Source: Breznakia sp. PF5-3 (lineage in GTDB: Bacteria; Bacillota_I; Bacilli_A; Erysipelotrichales; Erysipelotrichaceae). From it: a stretch of 32,000 bases of DNA. A model generated the notes under the pieces. That model was not told the DNA's origin, did no database searches, and saw only the letters and a program-made list of their open reading frames with translations. How positions within the stretch are numbered: the first letter of the stretch is position 1; each line of letters begins with the position of its first letter. Positions 1 through 9,818 of this stretch are shown here, piece by piece. The position numbers were made by a program, and so were the translations under genes. The stretch is from contig NZ_JAQFIQ010000010.1 in NCBI RefSeq assembly GCF_029504745.1, positions 31,243 through 63,242 of the forward strand, given 5' to 3'.

Positions 1-298
1 GTGGTTCTAAAACGATTACAGAACAATCCATAGCAATCAAATCATCGATATGCGCTGCTTGTTCACTAACACTACTTGAAGTTAAGATTTTCGCATCCAA
101 ACCTAATTCTTTCACAGTATTTTCAGCATTATAAGATAATGCTGCTAACCAACCATGGTCTGCAGCTAGAATTGAAATACCAATAGGTCCATCGGCATTT
201 GCTTCTTTCTTATCATCTTTCGATTCTCCTGAACTACAACCACTAATAATTAAAATAAACGCGAATGAAACTGCTAATAATTTCTTTAAACTTTTCAT
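1..298 (-). CDS. Sugar ABC transporter substrate-binding lipoprotein, N-terminal part; the gene runs off the window start
   Basis: My own minus-strand translation from the ATG at 298-296 gives MKSLKKLLAVSFAFILIISGCSSGESKDDKKEANADGPIGISILAADHGWLAALSYNAENTVKELGLDAKIL... It has a signal peptide with lipobox IISGC. AGGAG lies 7 nt upstream, and the gene sits directly downstream of the oxidoreductase stop. The sequence resembles periplasmic-binding-protein type 1 sugar binders. This ORF is not in the ORF track because it is truncated. Confidence 0.6.
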   Translation of the reverse strand, partial: MKSLKKLLAVSFAFILIISGCSSGESKDDKKEANADGPIGISILAADHGWLAALSYNAENTVKELGLDAKILTSSSVSEQAAHIDDLIAMDCSVIVLEP

Positions 299-310
299 TT
301 ATTTTCTCCT

Positions 311-1453
311 TTATTGTATGTCAATCCATACTTTTTTCTTATCGCTTTCCAAACAAGCGGCAACAACTTTCATAATATGATATCCATCTGCAAATGTAGC
401 AAATGGCTTTGGACCATCATAGTCTTTGTTTTCGATTGCTTCATAAAATGCACGTATACCATTGGTTAGTGCATCATGCCAACCTACTGGATGTCCATTT
501 GGTAGGGTAGCAAATTTTTTAGCACCTTGAGAAACATATTTAGCATCTGCAAATACTTCTTCATTTCCCTTGTCGCGATGTCCAATCCACAATCTATCTG
601 ATTGTTCTTGTTTCCACTCCAATGCTTCTTTTTCACCTGAGATATTAATTTTCAAACCATTCTTCTTCCCAGCACTCACCTGAGAAATTACAAACGATCC
701 TATAAGGCCTCCTTCAAATTCTACTTGAATGACACCTCCATCTTCGTTTTGAACTATCAATTCTGTGTACTCCTCATCTGCTGATGATACTTGAGAAAAA
801 GTACCTACTCCCTCATATCTTTTTCTTTTTTCATGAACCTTGAATAGCTTTGCATTCACAGAAGTGATTTTTTTCGATATTACATATTCCATGATATCGA
901 AACAATGCGATCCAATATCTGCCAATGCTCTTGATGCTCCCCCGATTGTTGTATCCATACGCCAATCATAGTCTGTATCAAACATTAGCCAATCTTGTAA
1001 ATACTCCCCTTGTACAAACAAAGGTCTACCAAATGCTTCACTTTTCACAACCTCGTGCATTTCTTGAACCAATAAATTTGTACGATAGTTAAAATTAACT
1101 CCAGTAATCAATTTTTTTCCATCCAACATTTCAATTAGTTCTTTTGCCTCATCAAGCTCTTTCACAAGAGGCTTTTCACTATAAATATGAAGATTTTTTT
1201 GAATTGCTTTCTTATTTACAGCAAAGTGAACATTTGTTGGTGTACAGTTATGGATTGCATCTAACTCTTCTTTATCAAGCATTTCATTAAAATCTGTATA
1301 AATTCTTTCGCAAACACCGTTTTGTTGTAACACTTCCAAATTAGAAAGGTTATTATCTGTGATTGCTACAATTTTTACACCTGATATTCTTCCAAGCGCT
1401 TCTATATGCTGTTTACCAATGAATCCAGCACCAATAACACCTACTTTAATCAT
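311..1453 (-). CDS. Gfo/Idh/MocA family NAD(P)-dependent oxidoreductase
   Basis: N-terminal Rossmann motif MIKVGVIGAGFIGKQH. I moved the start to the ATG at 1453, which is preceded by GGAGGAAGGAGAAG. The track start at 1486 adds 11 residues and has no SD. Confidence 0.85.
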   Translation of the reverse strand: MIKVGVIGAGFIGKQHIEALGRISGVKIVAITDNNLSNLEVLQQNGVCERIYTDFNEMLDKEELDAIHNCTPTNVHFAVNKKAIQKNLHIYSEKPLVKELDEAKELIEMLDGKKLITGVNFNYRTNLLVQEMHEVVKSEAFGRPLFVQGEYLQDWLMFDTDYDWRMDTTIGGASRALADIGSHCFDIMEYVISKKITSVNAKLFKVHEKRKRYEGVGTFSQVSSADEEYTELIVQNEDGGVIQVEFEGGLIGSFVISQVSAGKKNGLKINISGEKEALEWKQEQSDRLWIGHRDKGNEEVFADAKYVSQGAKKFATLPNGHPVGWHDALTNGIRAFYEAIENKDYDGPKPFATFADGYHIMKVVAACLESDKKKVWIDIQ

Positions 1454-1524
1454 AACTTCTCCTTCCTCCCCTGTAAGGGGTTTCACAATGGTATTTTAGC
1501 ACCGCCGAATTACAGTGTCAATAT

Positions 1525-1563
1525 ATTTACGTAAATTATATTATTTTTACTGTAAATTTTACA
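1525..1563. promoter_or_regulatory. Candidate LacI-family operator palindromes in the divergent promoter region
   Basis: Perfect palindrome ATTTACGTAAAT at 1525-1536. Overlapping palindromes TTTAC-T-GTAAA (1546-1556) and TGTAAA-T-TTTACA (1551-1563). The latter overlaps a -35-like TTTACA (1558-1563) that lies 17 nt upstream of TATAAT (1581-1586) for the LacI gene. Confidence 0.45.
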
Positions 1564-1632
1564 TTATTGACTTTTTACGTTATAATATTCATACTATAGT
1601 TAAGTATTTATCAATTTAATAAGGAGGTTTTA

Positions 1633-2646
1633 ATGAAAAAAACAATCACTGTTAAAGATATTGCAAAGGAAGCAAATGTTTCAATTGCAACTGTATCTCG
1701 TGTTTTAAATAACATTGGACAAGTAAAAAGCAGTAAAAAAGACCAAGTTTTAGAAGCTGCTAGAAAACTTGGATATAATAAAAAGAATATATCAAATACG
1801 ATTGATAATTCTTCAAAATGTATTTTAATGTTTATTCCTGATTTTGAGAATCCATTTACTAGTACTGTTATCGATGGTGTTTTAGAATCTATTAATAACC
1901 ATGGTTATAAAATACTATTTGCAAGTACAAAAAATTTTAATGATTCATTAGAGGATTATATGGATTTTTGTCAATCTTTATCCCTAGCTGGAATTATATC
2001 TTTGGCTTCGGTGAAAAATCCTGAAATCATGGAGGGATTAGGGCGTAAATTCCCAATGGTACTATGTTCAGAATACCCAGAGAACAGTGCTTTATCATTT
2101 GTAAGTATCGATGATAATAAAGCAGCAAAAATCGCTACTGAATATTTATTATCTTTAGGAAGAAACGATATTGCACTTGTAAACAATTCAACAAAGAATA
2201 AATACGCAAGACATCGTCAAAAAGGATTCTTAAGAACAATGAAAGAACATCAAATCGATGTTCCAAGCAATTGGATTTTAAACTTATCTAGAATTGATTA
2301 TTCACTTGCCTTTACCAATATTCAAAGCTTATTAAAATCACCAAATGTCCCAAATGCGATATTTGCTGTAAGTGATGTTTATGCAGTAGCAGCAGTTAAT
2401 GCTGCAAAGAGCTTAGGTTATCGTGTTCCTGAAGATATTTCAGTAGTTGGGTTTGATAATGAATTTGTTTCTATGATGTCAGTCCCATCTGTTACAACCA
2501 TCATGCAACCATCTTATAAGATTGGTTATCAATCAGCTGAATTATTATTTGACATGATCGAAACCAAAACCATCGAACAAAAAACAATTATTTTTGAAAC
2601 TGAACTAATCGTTCGAGAATCAACTGCACAATTACAGGAGAAATAA
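1633..2646 (+). CDS. LacI family transcriptional regulator
   Basis: N-terminal HTH motif TVKDIAKEANVSIATVSRVLNN, followed by a periplasmic-binding-like sugar domain. The SD TAAGGAGG lies upstream of the ATG. Confidence 0.9.
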   Translation: MKKTITVKDIAKEANVSIATVSRVLNNIGQVKSSKKDQVLEAARKLGYNKKNISNTIDNSSKCILMFIPDFENPFTSTVIDGVLESINNHGYKILFASTKNFNDSLEDYMDFCQSLSLAGIISLASVKNPEIMEGLGRKFPMVLCSEYPENSALSFVSIDDNKAAKIATEYLLSLGRNDIALVNNSTKNKYARHRQKGFLRTMKEHQIDVPSNWILNLSRIDYSLAFTNIQSLLKSPNVPNAIFAVSDVYAVAAVNAAKSLGYRVPEDISVVGFDNEFVSMMSVPSVTTIMQPSYKIGYQSAELLFDMIETKTIEQKTIIFETELIVRESTAQLQEK

Positions 2647-2652
2647 GATCAT

Positions 2653-3624
2653 ATGAGTTATATTTTAGGAATTGATGGTGGTGGAACAAAAACCGCTTAC
2701 TTATTAGCTGATGAAAGCGGAAGAATCATTGACCAATATAAAGGACCAACGATTCATTATATGCAATGTGGCTACGATGGTCTTACATCAACTATTAAAG
2801 AAGCTGTTGATTACTTCATAAATAAACAAAAGATTCATAGAGATGAAATTGCTTATTGTTTTGTTGGTGCTGCTGGATATGGTGATATTGAAGAAGATAA
2901 AGAATTTATTAAACAAGCAATTGCAAAAGGATTAGAAGGGATACCGTTTGCAGTTGATAATGATACTTTTAATGCCCATGCAGGTGCCTTATTAGGACAA
3001 GATGGAATTTGTGTAATTGCAGGAACAGGATCCATTGGTCTAGGAGTGAACAAAGATCAATCTATTATTTGTGGAGGTTGGCATCATGCCTTTGGTGGAG
3101 ATGAAGGGAGTGCCCATTGGATAGCTGAAAATTATATCCAAGAATTCACAAAACAAAGTGATTTACGTTCCCCTAGAACGTTGCTATACACTTATATGAA
3201 AGACAAATACAACTTTAATAACGATAGTGATGCCCTTCAACAATTTATCGTTGATTGGGATTATGATCGCACAAAGATTGCTTCCTTATCTAAAGATGTA
3301 TATGAATTAGCTAAGAAAAAAGATAGTGCAGCACTAGCAATATTTAAAAAAGCTGCATATGAATTATCCTTAATTTACCGTTCAATTTATAAACAATTAG
3401 ATTATCAATATAAAATTCCTGTTTCTTATATTGGTGGTGTATTTCAAAGTAAGGAATTTATCCTAGAACCATTAAAAGAATATTTACACGATTTAAACCT
3501 TGAATTTGTAACACCAAAGTTTTCAGCTGATATTGGAAGTCTTTTGATTGCATATAAATACTTAGGTATCGCTATTGATAATACACTAGTTTCTAATCTA
3601 GAAACATTTCATAATTCATTGTAG
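2653..3624 (+). CDS. BadF/BadG/BcrA/BcrD-type ATPase, N-acetylglucosamine-kinase-like sugar kinase
   Basis: Phosphate-1 motif ILGIDGGGTKT at the N-terminus and the GTGS motif (VIAGTGSIG). AGGAG lies upstream. Confidence 0.75.
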   Translation: MSYILGIDGGGTKTAYLLADESGRIIDQYKGPTIHYMQCGYDGLTSTIKEAVDYFINKQKIHRDEIAYCFVGAAGYGDIEEDKEFIKQAIAKGLEGIPFAVDNDTFNAHAGALLGQDGICVIAGTGSIGLGVNKDQSIICGGWHHAFGGDEGSAHWIAENYIQEFTKQSDLRSPRTLLYTYMKDKYNFNNDSDALQQFIVDWDYDRTKIASLSKDVYELAKKKDSAALAIFKKAAYELSLIYRSIYKQLDYQYKIPVSYIGGVFQSKEFILEPLKEYLHDLNLEFVTPKFSADIGSLLIAYKYLGIAIDNTLVSNLETFHNSL

Positions 3625-3649
3625 TAATAAGATTTTATTCATTAATTAC

Positions 3650-3710
3650 AAAAGAGATAACAATAAACAGGTATATAAAGCCTAAGATGATTTGTATCTC
3701 TTTTTATTTT
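3650..3710 (+). terminator. Possible terminator after the kinase gene
   Basis: AGAGATA(A)CAA pairs with TTGTATCTCT across a large loop and is followed by TTTTTATTTT. The large loop makes this weak. Confidence 0.3.
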
Positions 3711-3742
3711 ATCCTAAATATTAGAGATTAATAAACTACATA

Positions 3743-3776
3743 ATAAAAAAAGACAAAGCACATGCTCTTTGTCTTT
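3743..3776 (-). terminator. Intrinsic terminator of the tRNA cluster
   Basis: The minus strand reads AAAGACAAAG-agcatgtg-CTTTGTCTTT followed by a run of T. Confidence 0.7.
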
Positions 3777-3824
3777 CATAAATTTGATTGTCTATTTTAT
3801 TTAAAATACTAATTAATAAAATAA

Positions 3825-3911
3825 TGGTCGGGCCGGGGGGACTTGAACCCCCACGAGGTTGCCCTCAACGGATTTTAAGTCCGTTGCGTCTGCCTATTCC
3901 GCCACGGCCCG
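3825..3911 (-). tRNA. tRNA-Leu (anticodon UAA)
   Basis: Hand-folded cloverleaf: acceptor CGGGCCG/CGGCCCG, anticodon loop CUUAAAA, long variable arm, T-loop GGGGGTTCAAGTCCCCC and an encoded CCA. Position 1:72 is C:G. Confidence 0.9.
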
Positions 3912-3929
3912 ATTATTACTATTTAAAAC

Positions 3930-4003
3930 TGGAGGTTCCTACCAGATTCGAACTGGTGATCACAGAGTTGCAGTCTATTGCCTTACCACTTGGCTAAGGA
4001 ACC
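3930..4003 (-). tRNA. tRNA-Cys (anticodon GCA)
   Basis: Acceptor GGTTCCT/AGGAACC, anticodon loop CTGCAAC, T-loop TTCGAAT and an encoded CCA. Confidence 0.9.
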
Positions 4004-4008
4004 AAAAA

Positions 4009-4091
4009 TGGTGCGCGTGAAGGGACTCGAACCCCCACGGTTGCCCGCCAGATCCTAAGTCTGGTGCGTCTGCCAATTTCGCCACACGCGC
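4009..4091 (-). tRNA. tRNA-Leu (anticodon UAG)
   Basis: Acceptor GCGCGTG/CACGCGC, anticodon loop CTTAGGA, long variable arm, T-loop TTCGAGT and an encoded CCA. Confidence 0.9.
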
Positions 4092-4103
4092 AAGTGCCAT
4101 TTA

Positions 4104-4131
4104 ATTATAGCATAATCCAAACAAAATGCAA
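4104..4131 (-). promoter_or_regulatory. Sigma-A type promoter of the tRNA cluster
   Basis: The minus strand reads TTGCAT, 16 nt, then TGcTATAAT (extended -10), ending 12 nt upstream of the first tRNA. Confidence 0.6.
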
Positions 4132-4219
4132 TATTTTATATGGGATAAAACAAAAAAATATTTTGACCTTTTCTTTTACCATTTCTTACGGTATTCTTAT
4201 ATAGATAGGAGCGAAAATA

Positions 4220-4987
4220 ATGAAGCAAATATTAGATGAAATGATTAAGATTGCCCAAGAGGCAGGTAAGTATATAAAAGATAACAGAGCGTTTAAAGTA
4301 ATGGAAAAGTCAGGGGCTGCTAATATTGTTACAACAATGGATTTAGAAGTGCAAGAAATGATCTTGAAAAGACTTTCTGAAATCTTACCAGAAGCAAAAG
4401 TAATTGCTGAAGAAAATGAATTTAATAATTATGATGATAGTTATGTTTGGGTTGTAGATCCAATTGATGCAACTACTAATTATGCATACGATTGTAAATA
4501 TAGTTGTATTTCTATTGCCTTACTAAATAAATTAGAAGGAGTTGCTGGTGTTGTATACAACCCTTACCTAGATGAAACCTTCTATGCAATCAAAGGTGAA
4601 GGAGCTTATCTTAATAATAAACAATTACAAGTAAATAGCAATGATTTATCAAATTCATTAATTGTTGTTGGTTCATCTCCTTACAAAAAATCAGAAGCTG
4701 ATTATACATTTGATACATTAAAACAACTATTTTTACATGGTCGTGACATTAGACGTACAGGCAGTGCTGTCTTAGACATCTGTTATGTAGCCTGTGGGCG
4801 CTTTGACGCTTACTTTGAGGCCAATGTTGCCCCTTGGGATTATAGTGCCTCTACTGTCATTTTAAAGGAAGCAAATGGCATTATTGAAGCCATTGAGCCA
4901 GACGTTTGGGGGTATGGAAAATCAATTGGTTTGATTGCCGGAAATAAGAATAATTTTTCTACCTTGAAATCTTTAACAAAAAGGTGA
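4220..4987 (+). CDS. Inositol monophosphatase family protein (SuhB/ImpA-like)
   Basis: Motifs WVVDPIDATTNY and WDYSA. The SD is TAGGAG. Confidence 0.85.
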   Translation: MKQILDEMIKIAQEAGKYIKDNRAFKVMEKSGAANIVTTMDLEVQEMILKRLSEILPEAKVIAEENEFNNYDDSYVWVVDPIDATTNYAYDCKYSCISIALLNKLEGVAGVVYNPYLDETFYAIKGEGAYLNNKQLQVNSNDLSNSLIVVGSSPYKKSEADYTFDTLKQLFLHGRDIRRTGSAVLDICYVACGRFDAYFEANVAPWDYSASTVILKEANGIIEAIEPDVWGYGKSIGLIAGNKNNFSTLKSLTKR

Positions 4988-4994
4988 AAAGGGG

Positions 4995-5023
4995 TTGCCA
5001 CAACCTTGTGGATATGCTATTAT
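4995..5023 (+). promoter_or_regulatory. Promoter of the solo tRNA-Asn
   Basis: TTGCCA, 17 nt, then TGcTATTAT, ending 12 nt before the tRNA 5' end. Confidence 0.55.
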
Positions 5024-5035
5024 AATATAGCGTTT

Positions 5036-5111
5036 GCCTGAATAGCTCAGTTGGTAGAGCATCCGGCTGTTAACCGGCAGGTCGCAGGTTCAAGTCCTGC
5101 TTCAGGCGCCA
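5036..5111 (+). tRNA. tRNA-Asn (anticodon GUU)
   Basis: Acceptor GCCTGAA/TTCAGGC, D-arm TAGCTCAGTTGGTAGAGC, anticodon loop CTGTTAA, T-arm GCAGGTTCAAGTCCTGC and an encoded CCA. Confidence 0.92.
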
Positions 5112-5120
5112 TTAGAAAGC

Positions 5121-5152
5121 AAAAACATCATATTAAATATGATGTTTTTTTG
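5121..5152 (+). terminator. Intrinsic terminator after tRNA-Asn; it is flanked by A-run and T-run, so it may also serve the convergent methyltransferase gene
   Basis: ACATCATA-ttaaa-TATGATGT followed by TTTTTTTG. Confidence 0.75.
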
Positions 5153-5176
5153 TTTGTACACTTATAAAGCAATATT

Positions 5177-5863
5177 TTATTTTGATGCAACTATAACCAA
5201 TGCATAACTATCTTTTTCATAAGGAGCATCAGAGAATCCCTTATAACTATTTATTGTTTTAAATCCTGCTTCTTTCAACATCTCTACAAGTTCATCTTTG
5301 CATAAAGGAATTAATTCAACAGCATTTTCATAGCTTTTATCTTTGGTTTTTAAAATGGTAGAAAATACAATTTTATCTTCTTTGTGAGAATAGTTTCTAA
5401 CAAACGTAACTTCTTCATTTTCAATCGTTGGTAATGAAGTGATATGTTCCTCTAGGATACGATCATAGTTTATTATTTGAAGTACAATATTTCCATCTTC
5501 TATTTTCTTATAACAAGAATTCAAAAAAGTTTGAATATCTTTTTTAGTTGGAAGATGTACCAATGTATTTCCAATACAATATAAACTATCATATATTTCA
5601 TCATCCATATCCAACATGTTTTCGACTTTAAAATAAATTGCAGAAGCTTTCTTTTTCGCATACGCAATCATCTCTGTGTCCAAATCTATCCCTGTCACAC
5701 TATACCCTTTATCATGTAACGCGATTGTATACTCACCACTTCCACAACCAACATCTAAAATTCGTTTACCATCTAAATGCTTTTCTAAAAAAGCTACGAT
5801 TTGATCTTTTGCTGGAAATATTTTATCAAAATATTTCGCATATTCATGATACATTGCCATCAC
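5177..5863 (-). CDS. Class I SAM-dependent methyltransferase
   Basis: Motif I ILDVGCGSGEY. The start is ambiguous among three ATGs at 5863, 5860 and 5854; GGAG sits directly upstream. Confidence 0.85.
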   Translation of the reverse strand: MMAMYHEYAKYFDKIFPAKDQIVAFLEKHLDGKRILDVGCGSGEYTIALHDKGYSVTGIDLDTEMIAYAKKKASAIYFKVENMLDMDDEIYDSLYCIGNTLVHLPTKKDIQTFLNSCYKKIEDGNIVLQIINYDRILEEHITSLPTIENEEVTFVRNYSHKEDKIVFSTILKTKDKSYENAVELIPLCKDELVEMLKEAGFKTINSYKGFSDAPYEKDSYALVIVASK

Positions 5864-5943
5864 TCCAATCTAAGTATTTGTTAAATCTATTATAATTGAT
5901 TTTCTATAAAATAACATGTATTTGCTTTTGTATCATCTCGCAA

Positions 5944-5970
5944 ATAAAAACCTCTTCATAGAGGCTTTTA
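5944..5970 (-). terminator. Terminator of the PTS operon
   Basis: The minus strand reads AAAGCCTCT-atga-AGAGGTTTTTATTT, immediately after the stop at 5974. Confidence 0.65.
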
Positions 5971-5973
5971 TTT

Positions 5974-8454
<2,481 letters not shown>

Positions 8455-8456
8455 CT

Positions 8457-9695
8457 CTATTCTGCTGTTGCTTCTTCTTGTTCATTCAATAACTCTTGTT
8501 TTTCAGCAATTTTAAAGAATGGATAATAACACGCTACGGAAATCAATACTAGTACTCCTGTCCAAACAGCAGTTCTAAGATCTCCACCTGACATCAAGAA
8601 ACCATTAAAGATTGGTGGCGTACTCCAAGGTATTTCCACAAATGGTCTACCGATGATATTTGCTGACATCAACAACCATGTTGACGTAATATTAATTACT
8701 GGAACTAAAATAAAGGGAATAATCATAATTGGATTAAACATAATTGGGAATCCATAAATGATAGGTTCATTAATATTGAAAGCTCCTGGGAAGATACTAA
8801 TTTTACCAAGTGTCTTATGAACTTTTGCTTTTGAGAACAAGGCCAAGATTGTTAACCCTATCGTTGATCCAGTTCCTCCACAACACATGATTGTATACAT
8901 TCCCCAAGTAACAAACCCTTCTGGTTGTGTTCCTGCTGCTACTGCTGCTGCATTTGCTTCACCATTCATTGCCATAACAGGAATTAAAAATCCAATAATA
9001 ACAGCTGGGTTGATTCCACAAATAAATAATAAACACGCTAATAAAGAATATAGCAAATATCCTGGAAGAGTATTTAATCCATTTGCAATTGGTGAGAACA
9101 ATTCTGTAATAGCTGCATTGATATCAAAATCCAAACCAATTCTAACTAACAACACCAAAGATACTGAAATTGCCAAAGCGATAATTACTGAGAATGACCC
9201 TGCTACCATTGGTGGTACACCATCTGGCATCTTAATCTCAATGTGATATTTCTTACATAGATGAATAATATAGACACTAAAGAACCCTACGATCATTGCT
9301 GTAAACATTCCTGATGCCCCAAAAGTTGATGTATCAATAACCAAATCTGGTGTAAGCGTTGCTGCAAAGAATGATGCAACTGAAGTTGTAATCCCAAAAA
9401 TAGAATCTAACTTATAATGCTTCGCCCCAAAATAACCAATCGCAATCGCTACAACCAATCCTGATATATTTGCTGTTACTGTTGCTAGTGAACTAAAGAA
9501 CGGAGCTGCTGGCTCTACCACTTTCGCAATTCCCTCAAATGGAATATTGGTCATAAATGTACCAATTGCCCCAACAATCATCAATGGAACAATTGTCATT
9601 ACTGAATTACGTAACACAATCATAAATGGTAATTGTGCAAATTTATTCGTAATTGGAACTAATTTATTTTGCAAAAACTCTGAAAACTTCTTCAT
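8457..9695 (-). CDS. PTS lactose/cellobiose family EIIC permease
   Basis: 412-aa polytopic membrane protein with a typical EIIC N-terminus (FLQNKLVPITNKFAQLPFMIVLRN). The SD is GAGGAGG. Confidence 0.92.
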   Translation of the reverse strand: MKKFSEFLQNKLVPITNKFAQLPFMIVLRNSVMTIVPLMIVGAIGTFMTNIPFEGIAKVVEPAAPFFSSLATVTANISGLVVAIAIGYFGAKHYKLDSIFGITTSVASFFAATLTPDLVIDTSTFGASGMFTAMIVGFFSVYIIHLCKKYHIEIKMPDGVPPMVAGSFSVIIALAISVSLVLLVRIGLDFDINAAITELFSPIANGLNTLPGYLLYSLLACLLFICGINPAVIIGFLIPVMAMNGEANAAAVAAGTQPEGFVTWGMYTIMCCGGTGSTIGLTILALFSKAKVHKTLGKISIFPGAFNINEPIIYGFPIMFNPIMIIPFILVPVINITSTWLLMSANIIGRPFVEIPWSTPPIFNGFLMSGGDLRTAVWTGVLVLISVACYYPFFKIAEKQELLNEQEEATAE

Positions 9696-9760
9696 TATAT
9701 TTCCTCCTCTTTTTAAATAGTAATGTTTATAGAATCTGGTAGCTACATTTCTACACCTTT

Positions 9761-9817
9761 AGTATAAGCAAGATATTATCAATCCTTAAGGTATAAAAAG
9801 TCTGTATCACTATAGAC
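9761..9817 (-). promoter_or_regulatory. Activator-type promoter of the PTS operon with an 18-bp pseudo-palindromic operator
   Basis: Operator GTCTGTATCACTATAGAC at 9800-9817. Read on the minus strand, it is followed by a 10-nt gap, a weak -35 TTAAGG (9789-9784), 17 nt, and the -10 TATACT (9766-9761). Confidence 0.5.
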
Positions 9818-9818
9818 A

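Noticed and set aside
1454-1486. 11-residue N-terminal extension of the oxidoreductase ORF
   Set aside because: The extension encodes the SD region GGAGGAAGGAGAAG for the ATG at 1453, which immediately precedes the Rossmann GxGxxG motif.
3788-3997. 69-aa plus-strand ORF from the ORF track
   Set aside because: It lies entirely across the antisense of tRNA-Leu(UAA) and tRNA-Cys. It has no SD and a Pro/Gly/Arg-rich composition that simply mirrors GC-rich tRNA sequence. It is spurious.
8887-9246. Antisense ORFs nested inside long genes. This one is antisense to EIIC; the others are 1971-2186, 2853-3053, 5638-5895, 6068-6355, 7354-7563, 8288-8515, 9829-10071, 13171-13485, 15756-15938, 20991-21182, 22111-22473, 23738-23959, 24120-24692, 25319-25540, 25707-25991, 27796-28026, 28855-29103, 30304-30627 and 31008-31193.
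   Set aside because: Each lies wholly inside, and mostly antisense to, a confidently assigned gene (27796-28026 is same-strand but out of frame within the 451-aa ORF). None has an SD, and all have low-complexity compositions typical of the shadow frames of AT-rich genes.
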